From the human T2T-CHM13v2.0 reference genome, Homo sapiens, in the NCBI RefSeq assembly GCF_009914755.1, contig NC_060931.1: 64,000 nt of DNA. One strand, given 5' to 3'. Positions 26,375 to 40,749 of this stretch are shown piece by piece. Under the pieces are notes generated by a model. The model worked only from the letters and a program-made list of their open reading frames with translations. It did not search any database and was not told the origin of the DNA. Position 1 is the first letter of the stretch; each line of letters begins with the position of its first letter. A program made the translations under genes and the position numbers.

Positions 26375-28039
26375 TAATATTAATTGGCAAGGCTAACTGC
26401 TGTAACGAGCACCCCCCAAATCTCAGAGGTTTAATACAGCATAGGTTTTTTTCTTGCTCAGAAAAAATTCCAATGTGGATGTTTCTGATTGGGTAGGTAT
26501 CTTGGGGGCTCTCCTCCAATCTGTAACTCAGGAATCCAAGCTGCTTCCAACACAAGGCACCATCTGCAGGTGTAGGGACAGTGAAGAGAGGGAGCAAGGA
26601 GAATCATTGGCATGATATGAACAGGCCTGTAACTGAGGTACAGGCATGCCTCAGAGATGTTGCAGGTTCCATTCCTGACCACCACAATAAAGTAAATATT
26701 GCAATAAAAGGAGTCACACAATTTTGTTTCCCAGTGCATATAAAAATATTTGGACTATACTGTAGTTGATATAGTATGCAATAGCATTATGTCTAAAAAC
26801 AATGTGTATACCACTTTTAATTTAAAATACTGTATTGCTTAAAAAATGCTAACAATCATCTGAGCCTTCAGGGAGCCTCCACCTGCATCAGCACTCTTGG
26901 GTGACAAGGTACATTGTCAATGAGAAGTAATATTTTGAAAGGAGTATTTTTGCTGCTGGAGGGTCTTGCCTTGATGTTGATGGCTGCTGACTAATCAGGG
27001 TGGTGGTTGCTAAAGATTGGGATGGTTGTGACAATTTCTGAAAATATGACAACAATAAAGTTTGCCACATTAATTCCTTTTACAAAAGATTTCTCTATAT
27101 CATGTGATGCTGTTTGATAGCCTTTTACCCACGGTAGAGCTTCTAAGTTAGAATCAATCCTCTCAAACCCTGCCACTGCTTTATCAACTAAGCTTATATG
27201 ATATTCTAAATTCTTTAGTGTCATTTCAATATTGTGGCTGGTTTGATTTTCTATCCAGACCACTCACACTTTCTCCATATCAGCAATAAGTCTGTTTCAC
27301 TTTCATATCATTTGTGTGTTCACTGGAATAAGCACTTTTCATTTCCTTCAAGAACTTTTCCTTTGCATTCACAACTTGGCTGCTTGGTACAAAAGCCCTA
27401 GCTTTTGGCCTATTTTGGCTTTTGATATGCCTTCCTCACTAAGCTGAATCATTTCTAGTTTTTGATTTGAAGTGGGAGATGTGTGACTATTCCTTTCACT
27501 TGAACACTTAGAGGCTGTTATAGGATTATTACTTGGCCAGTTTCAATACTGTTGTGTCTCAGGCAGTAAAGGCCCAAGGAGTGGGAGAGAGATGAGGGAA
27601 CTGTCTGTCAGTGGAGCAGACAGAACACACACAGCAGTTATTAAGTTCACCGTTCCATATGGGCATGGTTCTTGGTGCCCCAAGATAATTTCAATAGTAA
27701 AACCAAAGGTCACTGATCGTAAATTACCATAACAGATATACTAATAATGAACAAGTTTCGAATATGGAGAATTAGCAAAATGTAAGAGACATGCAATTTG
27801 CTCAATGCAGGGCTGCCACAAAACTTCAATTTGTAAAAAAGGTACTATCTATGAAGCACAATAAAGTGAAACGAAATAAAACAAGGAATGCCTGTCTATT
27901 GTTTGTACCCACCATCAACTGGATAGAGCAGTTTCATGCACCCACGCAGATTCAAGAGTGTGTTGGAAATGCATATTAACTATGTGTCTAGAGGGAGAGG
28001 AAAGTTGGCTGCTGGTGAGTATTTGAAGTTTCTGCCACA
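26375..28039 (-). mobile_element. Old MLT1 (K/L-like) LTR split by Tigger1
   Basis: Left part ctaactgctgtaac...caaatctcagaggtttaa (26375-26640); right part resumes after Tigger1 and ends tctgccaca. Confidence 0.65.
26641..27894 (-). mobile_element. Tigger1 DNA transposon, internally deleted and rearranged
   Basis: TA then TIR caggcatgcctc...; other end aaacaaggaatgcctg; minus-strand transposase peptides VWIENQTSHNI, EMTLKNLEYHISLVDKAVAGFERIDSN and [13 protein letters not shown]. Confidence 0.92.
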
Positions 28040-28114
28040 GCAACTGACAAGAAAGAGATTAAAGATTTATTATCGATTTTCTGCCTCCTTTCCAAAAGAT
28101 CTCAGGCAGCGCAT

Positions 28115-28200
28115 TTAAGGCACATGCCCAAAGTCACACAGCTGTTAAGTGGCACAAGGATTTGAACTCATGTTCCCCTGGTTCTAAAGCCCATCTGCAT
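28115..28200 (-). mobile_element. MIR fragment
   Basis: tgcccaaagtcacacagctgttaagtggcac...ggatttgaactc. Confidence 0.7.
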
Positions 28201-29668
28201 GGTACCACTAGCTTCTCAAGCAGCGTTGCACCCAAGGGGAACTGGGTAGTATGCCTTTTTAGACACTTAATAGCCTGGAGCATGTTTTGCATGCTGGAAC
28301 AGGATATTTTCCTTTCAAAAGCCTATTAAAGAAGACCAAAGACAAATTTAGTTGAAAAACAGTGTGTTTTTTACAGGGGGTTGGGAGGGACAAGTTTAAA
28401 AGAGCAGAATGACAGTCTGTTTTGTTTTCTTCATTTTAATTGAATTTTGTTTTGTCAGAAGTTCGTCTCCTCCTGTATGCATACACCACTTAGACCTGTG
28501 GGCTTGCTACCTCTTTCCATTTTCATCCAGGCATAGAGAGGAGATTGCTTCCAGAAAGAGTGCACAGGCCCTTGAAGTTTTACTCTTCAAATAATTAAAG
28601 GCTTAATTCCAGCCCCAGGTCAGCCATACACAATGCCAGCTTTCCCATACACCTGGGAGAAAAAGCTTGCCATCAAAGTAAACAATTCCCTCTCATCTCA
28701 GTTCCAAGAGTCATTTGGAGAACATACATCCTGAGGCTAGAAAAGGATGCTCGCTCTTTCCTTTTTTCCTGGGGCGGGAGGAGGGGGGCATTGATTATTA
28801 ATTCAAGGTCAAGTTGAAGACATTTGGGTTTAATAGATACCTTCCCTCACCACCCCCAATAACCCTTTATTTACCAGAGCTATGTAGAGGGAAAGAGGAA
28901 AGAACTAAAAATTCCTCTCACTTCTCTACCAACTCTTTGGCAAAAGAAAGTTAAGCCAATTAGTTTTTCTGTAAAAGGAGTGCAATAAATATTAGTTTTT
29001 GTGGAAGAAATCAGGTGGTTGAGAGTGTTTCAAAGCTGATATTCATGAGAAATTATGGAGACCAGAAGAAGGTGGAACATCTTTAAAGTCTGAAAGAAAA
29101 TAATAAAACCAACAAAAAGCCCTGTACACCCAGAATTCTACATCCAGCAAAAACAGCCTCCAAGACTGCAGATCGTGTAAAGATATTTTCAAATAAAACA
29201 AAAATAAGAGAATTTATTGTAAGTAGGTCTGTATTACATGAAATCCTAAAGGAAGTACTTCAGGCTGGAGGAAACTAATGTCAGATAAAAACAGATTCTA
29301 AGAAAGGAATGAAGAACATCAGAATAGTAACTATCTGGGTAAATACTAAAGACTAGCTGGTTTTTACTTTCTTCTTCTTAATTTCTTTATTACACACATA
29401 ACTGTTTAAAGCAAAAAAGCATGCTGTGGAGTTTGAAGTATACAGATGTAGTACCTATAATAGCTATGACATAAAGGAGTGGAGGTGGGGAATAGGTGGA
29501 CCTATACGATTTCAAGACTCATATATGTGTATTATATGAAATAGTATATTAACTACTAGTGGACTATGAAAAAAATAAAGATATATATTGTAATTTCTAG
29601 AGCAGTCATTAAAAAATATAATGTAGAGAAGTATGGCAAAAAGCCAGTAGGAAAATTAAAATGAATTA

Positions 29669-30235
<567 letters not shown>

Positions 30236-30588
30236 TTAAATACAAAGACCCAGATAGGCTGAAGCTAAATGATTGGGAAAAGACAAACCATGTGAACAGT
30301 AAACATAGAAAGACGGAAAAGTAAACATAAAAAGCAGATAAAATAGATTTCTATGTTACAAAGAATTACCAGATATTTTTTAATGATAAAAATGTTCATT
30401 TGTTAGGAAGAAAACACAATCATAAATATGTGTGCACCTGATATACGAACTTCAAAATACATGAAAGAAAAATTGACAAAATTCAAAGGAGAAACAGACA
30501 AACTCCACAATCAGTTGGAAATTTTAATACTCCTCCCTCAGGAAAGGCCTGAACAGTGCTATTCATGTTTTAGCTTAATTGATATTTA

Positions 30589-30945
<357 letters not shown>

Positions 30946-33019
30946 TTATCAAAATAGACTATATGCTGTGTAATAAAGCCTTAATATACTAATTTATGAA
31001 AAACTCCTATCTTAGAATGGTAGGCAACTTCCTCAACCTGATTAGGAATATCTACAAAAACAAAAATGAAAAACCTAAAGCTGAATTCATACTCAGCGTT
31101 GAGTATCTCATTATTTTCTAATTAAAGTCAGTAGTAAGGCAAGGATGTCCACTCTGACTGCTTCTAGTCAGCATTGTATTGGACGTCCTAGTGGTGTAAT
31201 ATACCAAGAAAAGGAAATAAAACACATAAAGATTAGAAAAAGTAAGTTTCTATTTGCAGATAATATGATAATGTATGCTGAAAATTCTAAGGAATTTACT
31301 AACAAACTCCTAGAACTAATAAGTGAATTTAGCAAGATCACAGAATACAAGGCAAATATCTAGGAATCTATTGTATTTGTATACACCAGCAATTAACAAT
31401 TAGAAAATGAAATTTCAAAATTTTATCTACAATAGCATAAAATGTATTTGAGAATAAAGTTATAAAAAATGTGCAAGACATGAACATTGAAAACCATAAA
31501 AAATTACAAAGAGTAATCAAGAAACCTAAATGAATATATCATGTTCATGGATTAGAAGATTTGATATTGTTAAGCTAATTTCCTTTAAATTGATCTATAG
31601 GTTTTATGCAGTCTGAATCAAAATATAAGTTTTAAAGAATAAACTCACAGATACTAAAAAATTGTATGCAAAGGCAAAGAACCTAGATTAGCCAAAATAA
31701 TTTTGAAAAAGAATAAAGTAGGAGGACTTACACCACCAGGTTTTAAACCTTACTATAAAGCTCCAGTAACCAAGGTAATATGTTACTGGTATAAAGATCA
31801 ATGGAACATGGTAGAGAGGCAAGGATTTTATTGCAGGGATTCATGCAGGGAAACTCGTGCATGAAAGGAAAGAAGACAGACCCAGGGAAAGCTGGGACAG
31901 CCATCACACCAAGATGCAAGGCATGGTTTGGCAATTGATAAATATGTATTGAATAAATTAGGATCTTCTTTAAGAACTTAGAAGTCAGTGATCAACATAA
32001 TAGACATATTCACACAACTTGTTAAAAATAATGGCATTAAAGAATTTTAAAGCAGAAAAAGATATTAGGTATAAACTAATCCTGGATCATAGATGTGAGA
32101 GCCAAAGAAAACTTGTCAGGAACACAGGCTTCATAGGGTGCATGCTGGGAAGAGCCACTGGGCCAGGGACAGACAAATTCTAAGAATGTGAGTGCGAAGG
32201 GCATTTGTGGAGAAAAGCCACATCAATAAAAGGTTGATGCATCAAGTCTAAGAAGTTGTAAATAAGAATGAGTCAAGAAATCAGTAGTTCAGAAAATAAA
32301 GAGAAAGGAAGTGCTAGGTAGACTGGAATAAAACAATTCAGTGCATAAAATATTCAAATTATCAGAAAATATTGCCAGAATATGTTTAAATTCTTAGATT
32401 GATGGAGGTACCATTATTCCTAATTACTTTATTCAGGTGAATAAAGCAAAGGTTTTAGAAGTTTGGGGTTTTTTTAAAGATGGTTTTACGGCACAGGAGT
32501 AAGCCAGCTGGCCCCATGTTATAGATGAATTCTAGGAAGATGAAGGATGTGCTTAATTTCGTGTAAATAAACACCCTTTGGATAGTTGGTGTGATGAACA
32601 GTAGCCACAGCGACAGTTTTATTAAAGCCCGGCCAGTGGGAACTACAATCAATTCTATGAAATGTGTCTAAAATATGTGCACTTTATGCCATATATTTTA
32701 AAGACTTTCAAGGGCTGATCTGAGTAATGCATTTCAATGTGAGTGAAAAAATTAAGATGAAAGAGAAGAAGGCAGTAACCTTTAAGGGCTGGCACAAAAC
32801 ACAAAGAGACTAAAAATTAAGCCTAAAAACCATTTTTATAATATTGATTTGGTGCAGTAGAGAGTAGAGCATTAATTGTAACTCAATACGAGGGTAATTA
32901 GGACTAATGGTGCATCCATCAATCTAAGAATTTAAACATATGCTGGCAATGTTTTCTCATAATTTGAGGGTTTTTTTTCCTGGAAAATAAAATGCATGAA
33001 TCTTCTCCCATTGGTCAAT

Positions 33020-33370
33020 CAGATTTTTAAAGATGATGATGATTCTGGCTGAAATGTAGAGAATGGATCAAAGCCGGAAAAAAATGGACACAGCTGGGGA
33101 AATCAAGTAGGAAGTTGTTTAAATTTGTAGAAGAGATTATGGTAGTCGAAACGGGAGGCATTAACAAGTATCAGTGAAATGTAAAGGAGTGAGTGACTTG
33201 AAGACATGTAGGTGGAAAGATCATCAGGACATGATTGCTTGGGAGGAAAAAGGAGAGGAGTGAGGGTTGCACACACAGACAAGTGATCTGGGCAGCCACG
33301 TGGGTGGCAGACCTCTAGGGCATCACATGGAGGCACTAATGGGCAGCGGACTACAAAGGTCCAGATCTTC
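33020..33370 (-). mobile_element. L2 fragment
   Basis: ttttaaagatgatgatgattctggctg...gagaatggat...gtaggaagttg antisense L2 pattern. Confidence 0.5.
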
Positions 33371-33884
33371 CATCCGATGGAAAATTGCTCATTTTATTCC
33401 CTTTGCCTGAAGTCTTTTCCCTGAGCTCACATCACTGGAACCCACCCTATAACATGTTCCTCTACTCTTCCTTATGCTTCATGATCACATTATATTCTTT
33501 TCCAACACTTCAGAGGCATCCATAGCTCATGCACATCTCCAAAATCCTCACAAAATCATCACTCTCCGCTTTTCTCATTTCATCTCCTTTTAGCACACCA
33601 AGTAAAATGGGCCACCTACAAACACTGACTTGCACAAGACAAGCCATGATACAGACATAACCTTGTCTTCATCCATTTCTCCATGAAAGCATTTCTCTCT
33701 CCTTCCTTTTCCAACCCCCCATCACTTAAAACCATGTCAATAACAGTCTCAAACAACAAACAGAAGTCCAGAGACATTGGTTCAACTGTATACAACAAAT
33801 TCCATTTCCTAACTAGAACATTTCAAACAATGGGAGGGTTCTAATTTTTTACTTTTGTGCACCTTAAGAATTCTTTATGGTGAT

Positions 33885-34181
<297 letters not shown>

Positions 34182-34431
34182 AAGGGTGATCTTTTTTTTT
34201 TTTTTTTTTTTTTTGTAAAACAAGGTAGTCATCTTTCACAAAAGTGAATTGAAATCATGCTCTTTAAAGAGAGACATTGCTTGCAACTTTTAGAAGACAG
34301 CTCCCATTTCCAATCTCCCATTTCATTATATAAAAATATTTGTCCATGAGTATATTTTAACAAATTATTATACTACATATAGGAAAGAAGAAAAAAGATT
34401 AAAGCCATGGAAGGAAAATATCTGGCCTATA

Positions 34432-34917
34432 TGAATTAGGATTAGATTTAGCAGATACCTAAGAGAACTGGCTTGAGCATGAAGGAAACTTATTTTTCTC
34501 TTACCTACAAGTTTGAGTGAGCATTCCAGGGCTAGCATGGGGCCTCTGCTCTTTGATTTCTACAGAGACCGTGACTTCGTACAGCTCATTACTCTCCCAG
34601 CTCTAGGCTGTGACCTTCATCCTCATGGTCCAAAATGATACCTACAGCTCCAGCTTTCAAATCCATATCCTTGACAGAAGGATGGAGGAAGAGTCTAAAA
34701 TAAAAGGAAAGTACACATAACACATGGAAAAGCTCTTGGAAGCTGTCACATGAATTTTGCTAGCCAGAACTTAGCCGTATGCCATGCCTAATTGTAAGAA
34801 GTGCTGAGAAAGATTTTTTTTTCCCCTGAATGGCCATGCACTACCAAAAATGTAACTTTCCGTTGCTAAGGAAGAAGGGAAAATGAATTTTGGGGTGCAA
34901 CTACTAGGTCTGCCACA
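34432..34917 (-). mobile_element. Old MLT1 (K/L-like) LTR
   Basis: cttcatcctcatggtccaaaatg...gccagaacttagcc...ending ggtctgccaca. Confidence 0.65.
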
Positions 34918-34989
34918 GACTGAACTGAATATTTCCTTAAAACAAATCCCTAGATTACTGAGTTAAAATGCATATATTTTAAGAGCTTA

Positions 34990-35359
34990 CAGCTGAAATG
35001 GCTAGCCACTCATCAAAACTGACATTCTTCCTTCTGGGCACACAGTTACACGCTGTTCCCTGTCTCCCTTACAATCTGGCATGGTCAGTTACTGAATTTT
35101 GGCTAATGGGATTTGAGCAGAAGTGATGTGTGCTGCTTCCTAGACTGGCCCTAGAAAGCCTCCCGTGTTCCTATCCTTTCCAGCTGGTCAGAATGGAAAT
35201 ATGCCTTGTGCAAAATTGGAAGTCACATACTGAAGATGACAGAGCCAGCAGCAGCTGGTCTCCCATCTAGTATTTATTATGTGTGCAAGAAATAAACTCT
35301 ACATTATCCATTTGAGGATCATTTTGTTACCTACCCTAGACAAGGTTCTTAACAAATAC
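34990..35359 (+). mobile_element. MLT1I/J-like LTR
   Basis: tggctaatgggatttgagcagaagtgatgtgtgctgcttcc...agaaataaactct...ttaacaaataca. Confidence 0.7.
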
Positions 35360-36015
35360 AGTGAAATAATTTCCAGAAAAGATTGTACTACTTTCCATCC
35401 CACCAAAAGGAGAGGTACATGCCTGTCTTCCTTAACACAGTGATTATAATTTTTAAAAAATATTTACCAGTTTTATAGAAAAAACCAGATTGTTTGACAT
35501 ACATTTCTTTGTTTTCTGGTTACACAACATATTTTAAATGTTTACTAGCCTTTATGTAACTTTGCTCCCACCTCTTGGTTGCTAATTACAAAGCTAGTAT
35601 TTTTATATGTTTTTTTTCCAAGATTAAGATGATTAACTACTAATAAAGGGGGATACCACATTGGACAAAGCCAACATATGAAAATACAAATTAATATAAG
35701 AGATAAACTAAAGAATTATTTGTTTTGTAAAGCAAAGAGAAATTTCCAGCCTAACAGAGAGAGCAGGAATTTTGCCAGAGATCAAGAGAATCACTTTCAA
35801 TTCAAACAGTAAATGGCCAACACAGCCCAAACTCACATGCTTCTAGCAGGGTAGATTTTAAAAGCCTTCATTCACTTAAGTAGGTGATAGGAAAGATTAT
35901 TTTCTCACCCCATACTTAGTAACAGGGCTTGAAGTTCACCTGGGGGTCTGTCTGGCACAGTGGCTTATCTATCAGCTGTTAACAGTTTGAGGAAAAACTA
36001 TTGGTTATTTTAGAC

Positions 36016-36218
36016 CAGAAGCTGGCAAAATATGGCCCATGGACTAAATCCAAATTGCACTTGTTTTTGTAAATAAAGTGTTACTAGAATACAGTCATGT
36101 CAATTTCTGCATGTATTGTCTACGGTTGTTTTCATGCTGTAATAGCAGAGTTGATAGATTACATTAGTTGCAAAGCTTAAAATATTTATTTGGCCTTTTA
36201 CAAAGTTTGCCAGCCCTG
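36016..36218. mobile_element. MER58A hAT-Charlie MITE
   Basis: TIRs cagaagctggcaaa / tttgccagccctg; 8-bp Charlie-type TSD ttttagac/ctctagac. Confidence 0.82.
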
Positions 36219-36229
36219 CTCTAGACCTT

Positions 36230-38850
36230 AAGGCTGTTCAGGTTTTGTGTCTCTTCTTGAATCTGTTTTGGAAATTTCTTTCCCAGGCTTTATTGTATTA
36301 AACTTGTTGACTTTTTTGGCATACAATTTTTATATTACCTCCCATCCTCCTTTTAATATCTATAGAAATTATAAAGATGTTCCCTCTTTTATTCCTAATG
36401 TTGGTAATTTATATCTTCCCTCATTTTTTTTCTCATTAAGTCTAGGAAGATGTTTATAAATTGTGTCTATCTTTAAAAAAAACCCAGCTTTTAGTTTGTT
36501 TTTTCTTCTATAGTTTTTTTTTTCTGTTGTATTGATTTTCATTCTTATCTTTATCATTCACTGTACTTTGGGTTTAATTTGCTCTCCTTTTTAGCTTCTC
36601 AAGATGGAAGCTTATTCATTTTGATAACTTCTTCCCTAATATATGTAGTTAGAGCTATAAATTTCCCCCAAATCACTGCTTTAGCTACAGACCATAGATT
36701 TTTATATACGTTTTTATTATTCAAGAATTTTTCTAATTTTCATTGTGAGTTTTGTCTGATTCATGAGTTATTTATGAGAGTGTTGTTTCATTTCCAAATA
36801 TGTGGGGTTTTTGTAGATATCTTACTGTTACTGGTTTTGTCAACATAAAAAATATAGAGAAATGAATCTCTAAAAAGAGTTTTTTGGAAATATACAAAAA
36901 GTAGGATTGCAGTCCAGGACATACATACAGATCAGATGTTATGTCTAGAGAACAGAGGAAAGGTCAGAGTTTACCAGAGAAAGAGGAGGTTATGCAAGCT
37001 GTTTTGAAAGAAAGCTTATTGGCACTGGCAGCATGTTATAAGGGCTGGTGGGTTCTGATTGGCAAGTGTCAGTAGCTATTAGATAGGACTTATACACTTG
37101 GATTTGTGGTTGGGTTCTTGCAGTTTTGGACGGGGCTTGTGAGATGGTGTGTCCAGTAAGTATTCTTAGATAAGGAGCTAGCTGTCCTTATGTGACTCAT
37201 TCAGGAAATTGTAATTTGGAAAAAACTGCAGCTTCCAACTCCTGCTTTTGGATTTTTGTATCTCTTTCTTTAGATGTGTTAATTTTAGCTTCATGTATTT
37301 TATTTGTGATACTGGTAATTAGTGTCTTTGGTTATCTCACTTAGATATTTATCAATTTTATTGCTCTTTCTATACAGTCAATCTGATTTTTTCTATAATT
37401 AGTTTTTAGTTTCATTGATTTCTGCTCTAATTTTTATTATTTCTTTTCTTCTGCCTTAGACTTTTTTTATGTTAAGGTAGATATATAGATTATTGGTTTT
37501 AGATCTCTTTTATAATAGCATTTAATGCTATGAATTTCCCTCTAAGCACTGCTTTTACTGCATTTTACTAACCTTGGTAGGTTGTATTTTAATTTTGTTC
37601 AAAATATTTTTCTAATTTTGTCTTTATTTGTAAAGCATAGCTTCTTTGAATATAAAATTCTGGGTTGACACTTTTTTCCCCCCAGCACTTTAAATATGTT
37701 TTCCAGTGACTTCTGGCTTCTACTACTTCTGATATGTCAGGTTTTAATTATATTGTTTCTCTGTATATATAAGGGTTGGATGGGATTTTTTCCCCCCAAG
37801 ATTATCTCTATCTTTGGCTTTCCGAAACTTGACTTAGGTGTGGGCTTTATATTTATCCTGGTTGGGTTTTGCTAACATTCTTGGATCTGAAAGTTGATGT
37901 TTTCCACCAAATTTGGGGAGTTTTCTCTATTTCTTTAAATATTTTTTTCTTCCTTTTCTTGATCTAAGATCCCAATTTCATCTATGTTGGACTATGTGAT
38001 ATTATTCTGTAAGTCTCCAAGTCTCTATTATTCTTCTTCATTCTTTTTACTATGTCATTTAGATTGGATAATTTTTATTGCTCTATCTCAAAGATCACCA
38101 ATTCTTTTTCCAGTTACTGTGCTAATGAGCTTATCTAGTAAATTTTTCATTACAGTTATTACATTTTTCAACTTTAGATTTCCCCTTTTATGTAGTTTCC
38201 ATTTCTATGTTGAGATTCCCTATCTGTTCACTCATTAAGATTATGCTTTTAATTCTCTGCACATATTTATGATAGCTACTTTGAAATTTTGTCTAGTAAA
38301 TCCAATATCTGAGTCCACTCTGAGTTTCTATGTATTACTTTTTTCCTGAGTATGGGTCAAACCCTCCTGTTATTGGCAGGCCTAAAGAGTTTTGGATGAA
38401 AACTGAAAAATTTGATGATACTTTGTAGCAACTCTATACTGTTATGTTCTTCTGAGGACCAATTTTTTTATTGTTGTATTTGCTGCCTGGAGTTGCTTGG
38501 ACTCAAACTATCTCACCTTATACTGTACAACAGCTGGTATCTCTGTTCAGTTCTTTCAGCTTTAAGCCATTTATTTTTAGCCTGCTTCCCAGGGTCACCC
38601 CTCAACTTGTGTAGTTTAGCAGTCAGCCAAGGATTTGGGCAAGGTTTGAATCAGATTTTGCAGTTTCCTTACTGTTCTGTTAGTCCAGCGCTCTATCCTC
38701 TAACATTAGAAGTGCGTTGGGGAAGGCACTCAATCAAAAAAGCAGCAAACTCACAGACCTACCCAGTGCAACTCTGTTTTTCAAACGTGATCCCCTCACT
38801 GGGTCTTGCTTTGTGCAAAATAACTTAAAGACTTTGGGACAGTTGCAAAG
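36230..38850 (-). mobile_element. Old L1M fragments (ORF2 start/ORF1 region), interrupted by an LTR
   Basis: T-rich antisense L1 motifs (gctataaatttcccc...cactgcttt, tataaaattctgggttgac). Confidence 0.7.
36838..37235 (-). mobile_element. ERV1-type solo LTR (MER31/MER67-like; family uncertain)
   Basis: Purine-rich block starting tgtcaacataaaa, with ctgattgg CCAAT box, interrupting L1 sequence. Confidence 0.45.
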
Positions 38851-39739
38851 GGTGGGGGATGGGATGTTGCTATCAGATTTGTCAAGCTCTTCCTGATGAG
38901 TCGAATTTGGATGAATCACAGCCTGGCCAACACAAAGCACCTGCCCGTCCCTTCAGCGTCTTGATCAAACAGCATTTAATAAACACCACATGCCCTTGGG
39001 CTTCTGCTGAGGACAGTTGAGATGAGGTTAAGCTCACATTGGCCCTGATAACCTACAGCTTGAAGTCTCTGGAGTGTCTATCTCTGGGGCTGTGTCTGTA
39101 TAACAGGCTCATGAATAGAGAAGGAAAAAGGACCTAGGATATCTTGGATCCTAATCTCTTTGTGACACTCATTGTTTGGCTTATCCCCCGGTTGTGACTT
39201 ATTGGAATACTCCTCCGGGTATATGTATGTGTTTTTTGTTTGTTTTCTTGGAGGCTGTATCTGAATCTCAGCTGTGACTGACATCTCACAATGATGTGTA
39301 CTCAAAAAGGCCCCATTTAAATTATTCAGGTTGCTGCAAACCAAGTGGTTATTTGGAAACTTAGAAAAACCAGGGAGAAGCAGAAATTTATATTTCTAAA
39401 AATGAAGTAACAAATTCGTTGATTTATTTCACACTTTTGGTTGAACATTCATATTAAGCTGTTTTTTGTAAACATATTACTAAGAAACTATTCTGATATG
39501 GCTTATTTTCCAGTGAACTTATGTGCACACATTAATTCATTAATATATCATGTCTTACATTTGTTTTATAAATATATAGACATGCTTCAGTCCCTGAGAA
39601 ATTCTAAGATAATTAAGTGACCCCAAAAAGCAGTGTAACTAGTTAGTTCACACCACAAACAATGAATAAACTGTTTGCTGAATTTCCTGTGTTCCAAGTG
39701 GTAACACTTGCATCATAGTTACAAAACTTCAGTTTCCTG

Positions 39740-40040
39740 GTTTATTCACTTATGCCATTCATTTAACAAAACTGCTAGGTCAGACACTGACAGGCTCTGC
39801 AACATTGCTTCACACAAACAGAACAGTCTGTGCTCTCAGGAACATAAGATCAATGATAAGTAAATTAAAAATAAATATTTCGAATAATGATAAATGGTTC
39901 AGGGAAAATGAAGGTGATGAGGTGGAGAGTTCCTGGTGAACTTTTCAGGAATTGAGCCATGTGAAGATCTGTGGGAGAAGAATTCCAGACGAGTGAAAAG
40001 GGAAAGTAATGTTTTTGAGGCAGGAGTGCATGTGGTTGAA
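39740..40040 (-). mobile_element. L2 3' fragment
   Basis: ttattcacttatgccattcatttaacaaa...gagccatgtgaagatctgtgggagaagaattccagac. Confidence 0.65.
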
Positions 40041-40293
40041 CCAAGCCTCCAATGGAAGTCTACTGGCCTAATTTGTTTATTCATATTCATTTAATCAAAT
40101 AGAACAAAGAGAACTAAGCACCTGTCCTAGAGCCTGACTCTTCTGTTTAGAAATCTAGGGAATCACTCTCTTCTAACCCCACAGCCTTCAGCCACAAAAT
40201 GCCTGTGGTCACACGCACTTCTCCAACTGGGTTCTTCCAGCTCCTCAAGGAGAAATCTCTACATAATTAGGGCTTCCTTTGTTCAGTTACTCT

Positions 40294-40749
40294 TGTGTGA
40301 CAGATGCACCGAGAGTAATAACTTAAGCATACCCTGAGAATGACCCTATGGTCTAAAAAGAATGTGTGTTTGGATTTCCAAGTGAAGAAATCCAGAAATG
40401 GCCAGTCCAAAGATTCATTCTATGAGAAACATCTAAACCTACAGGCCAGCCCATGGAATGCAGACCATACAGGGGATCAAGACCCTTTGTTTTGGGTTAA
40501 ATGAAGGTTGCCAGGTGGAGGTTACCAGGGGGAGGGTGCTAACTAAAAATACTATATAAACTGCATGCTTTTTACAAGAAGTTAGTGGTTCTTCTGTCCA
40601 GACCACTGCCACCAGGACAGTGTCCTGTATGTAAGTCCCCTCAATAAGCTCTGTGTCTCATTTGCAGGCTCTGGGTCTCTTCTTCAGCCTCTCAAACATC
40701 CTATTGGGGATGCCATCCCTATTGGGGTCAATAGGGGTCTGGCATGACA
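40294..40749 (+). mobile_element. LTR47-like ERVL solo LTR, full length
   Basis: TG...CA ends, 5-bp TSD actct (40289-40293, 40750-40754), aacttaagcataccctgagaatgaccct motif, TATA box tatataaa at ~40553. Confidence 0.82.
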
